Below, in pieces: positions 15,083-15,914 of a stretch of 15,914 nucleotides of DNA (its first letter is position 1; the number at the start of each line of letters is the position of its first letter). The notes beneath the pieces are model-generated. The model ran no database searches and was not told the origin of the DNA. It saw nothing but the letters and a program-made list of their open reading frames with translations. Source of the DNA: an uncultured archaeon. Its GTDB lineage: Archaea > Asgardarchaeota > Lokiarchaeia > Sigyniarchaeales > SOKP01. Location: assembly GCA_964632315.1 (NCBI GenBank), contig CAZWEM010000070.1, positions 1-15,914 of the forward strand. Direction: 5' to 3'. A program made the translations under genes and the position numbers.

Positions 15083-15914
15083 ATGATTACAACTAGTAAT
15101 TTTGAGTTTACAATAGAAGTTAATCCACCTTCAACATTTATGCAAGAAGCGCTCGAAAACTTGCTTCAAGTTCCTGATGAGCGAGTAAAGCCCAAGATTA
15201 TTGAAGAAATTATTAAGCATTATACCATAAAATTAAATACTCCTGATTATCGCGTAGCAATCTTTATCGCATATCAACAAGATATTCCAATAGGGATGGT
15301 TGCAGCCCAGAACGATCCCGAATACCGTACCTACAGCCGAAAGGCTACAACATTTAGTTGGCTACTCTGCGAAAATTTTGAAACGTGTAAAGCATTAATG
15401 GAACAAGTCGAGGGGTTTGCCAGAGAGAATAAGCTTAAAAAGATTAGAGGTCCTATTAATTATCCAAAAATTGTGGGTGGGATCGGCATCCAGACTGAAG
15501 GATTTGAGGTACCCATTATGAACGGGATCAATTTTAACCATCCCGAATCCAAGATATTAACCTTTCTTAATGAATTAGGATATGAATCGGAATCGAAGTA
15601 TAGTTGTGTTGAGGTGGTTTCTAAGCAATGGGGAAGCGGGAACAGGTTAGATCCTGAGTACTACCTTCGATACTTCTCAGTTAAGCAAATGAAAAAAATG
15701 AAATCGGAAATTATGAACCTTGCCGAACATTCATTTTACAGCATCCTTGCAGATGCGCCCGGTGGGGATGCTCGGTTCGAAGAGATGATGCGATCCTATG
15801 AACTCGCTTCCGTTGCCCCCTTTAATGAAGAATTGACCAAGAGAATTATCGAAGAACACAGTCATATCTCTGAATTCATGGAAGCATGGAATACTTGTGA
15901 TTTAAGAAATATCA
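15083..15914 (+). CDS. YghO-like GNAT-family acyltransferase, truncated at the right edge
   Basis: Translated by hand: MITTSNFEF...IFIAYQQDIPIGMVAAQNDPEY...TFSWLLCENFETCKALMEQVEGFARENKLKKIRGPINYPK..GGIGIQTEGFEVP...NFNHP...FLNELGY. Open to the window end and missing from the ORF track. Confidence 0.8.
   Translation, partial: MITTSNFEFTIEVNPPSTFMQEALENLLQVPDERVKPKIIEEIIKHYTIKLNTPDYRVAIFIAYQQDIPIGMVAAQNDPEYRTYSRKATTFSWLLCENFETCKALMEQVEGFARENKLKKIRGPINYPKIVGGIGIQTEGFEVPIMNGINFNHPESKILTFLNELGYESESKYSCVEVVSKQWGSGNRLDPEYYLRYFSVKQMKKMKSEIMNLAEHSFYSILADAPGGDARFEEMMRSYELASVAPFNEELTKRIIEEHSHISEFMEAWNTCDLRNI

Overview
AT-rich, archaeal-looking window with TTTAAATA boxes, GGAGG/GGTGA ribosome-binding sites and oligo-T gene ends. 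The surface-protein repeat style suggests Asgard/Lokiarchaeia, but this is inferred and not proven. From left to right it holds: (1) a minus-strand gene of at least 978 codons that runs off the left edge and is missing from the ORF track, encoding a LivK-like substrate-binding domain on a stalk of FN3-like repeats and a CARDB-like domain; (2) a divergent classical SDR oxidoreductase; (3) a translationally coupled four-gene operon (4354-10050) encoding a tetraspan membrane protein, a helical protein with a C-terminal TM hairpin, a 1270-aa membrane-anchored VirB4/HerA-like protein with a duplicated N-terminal module and degenerate Walker A and B motifs, and a 106-aa coiled-coil protein; (4) a polytopic membrane protein and two single-pass GOLD/PPC-like surface proteins; (5) a ThiF-family adenylyltransferase, an unannotated 53-aa tail-anchored microprotein, a tandem-GNAT protein and a YghO-like GNAT running off the right edge. 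The best candidate for an undescribed system is the pseudo-ATPase membrane operon. I saw no rRNA, tRNA, CRISPR array, integrase or transposase. All family assignments come from reading motifs by eye; no database search was run.
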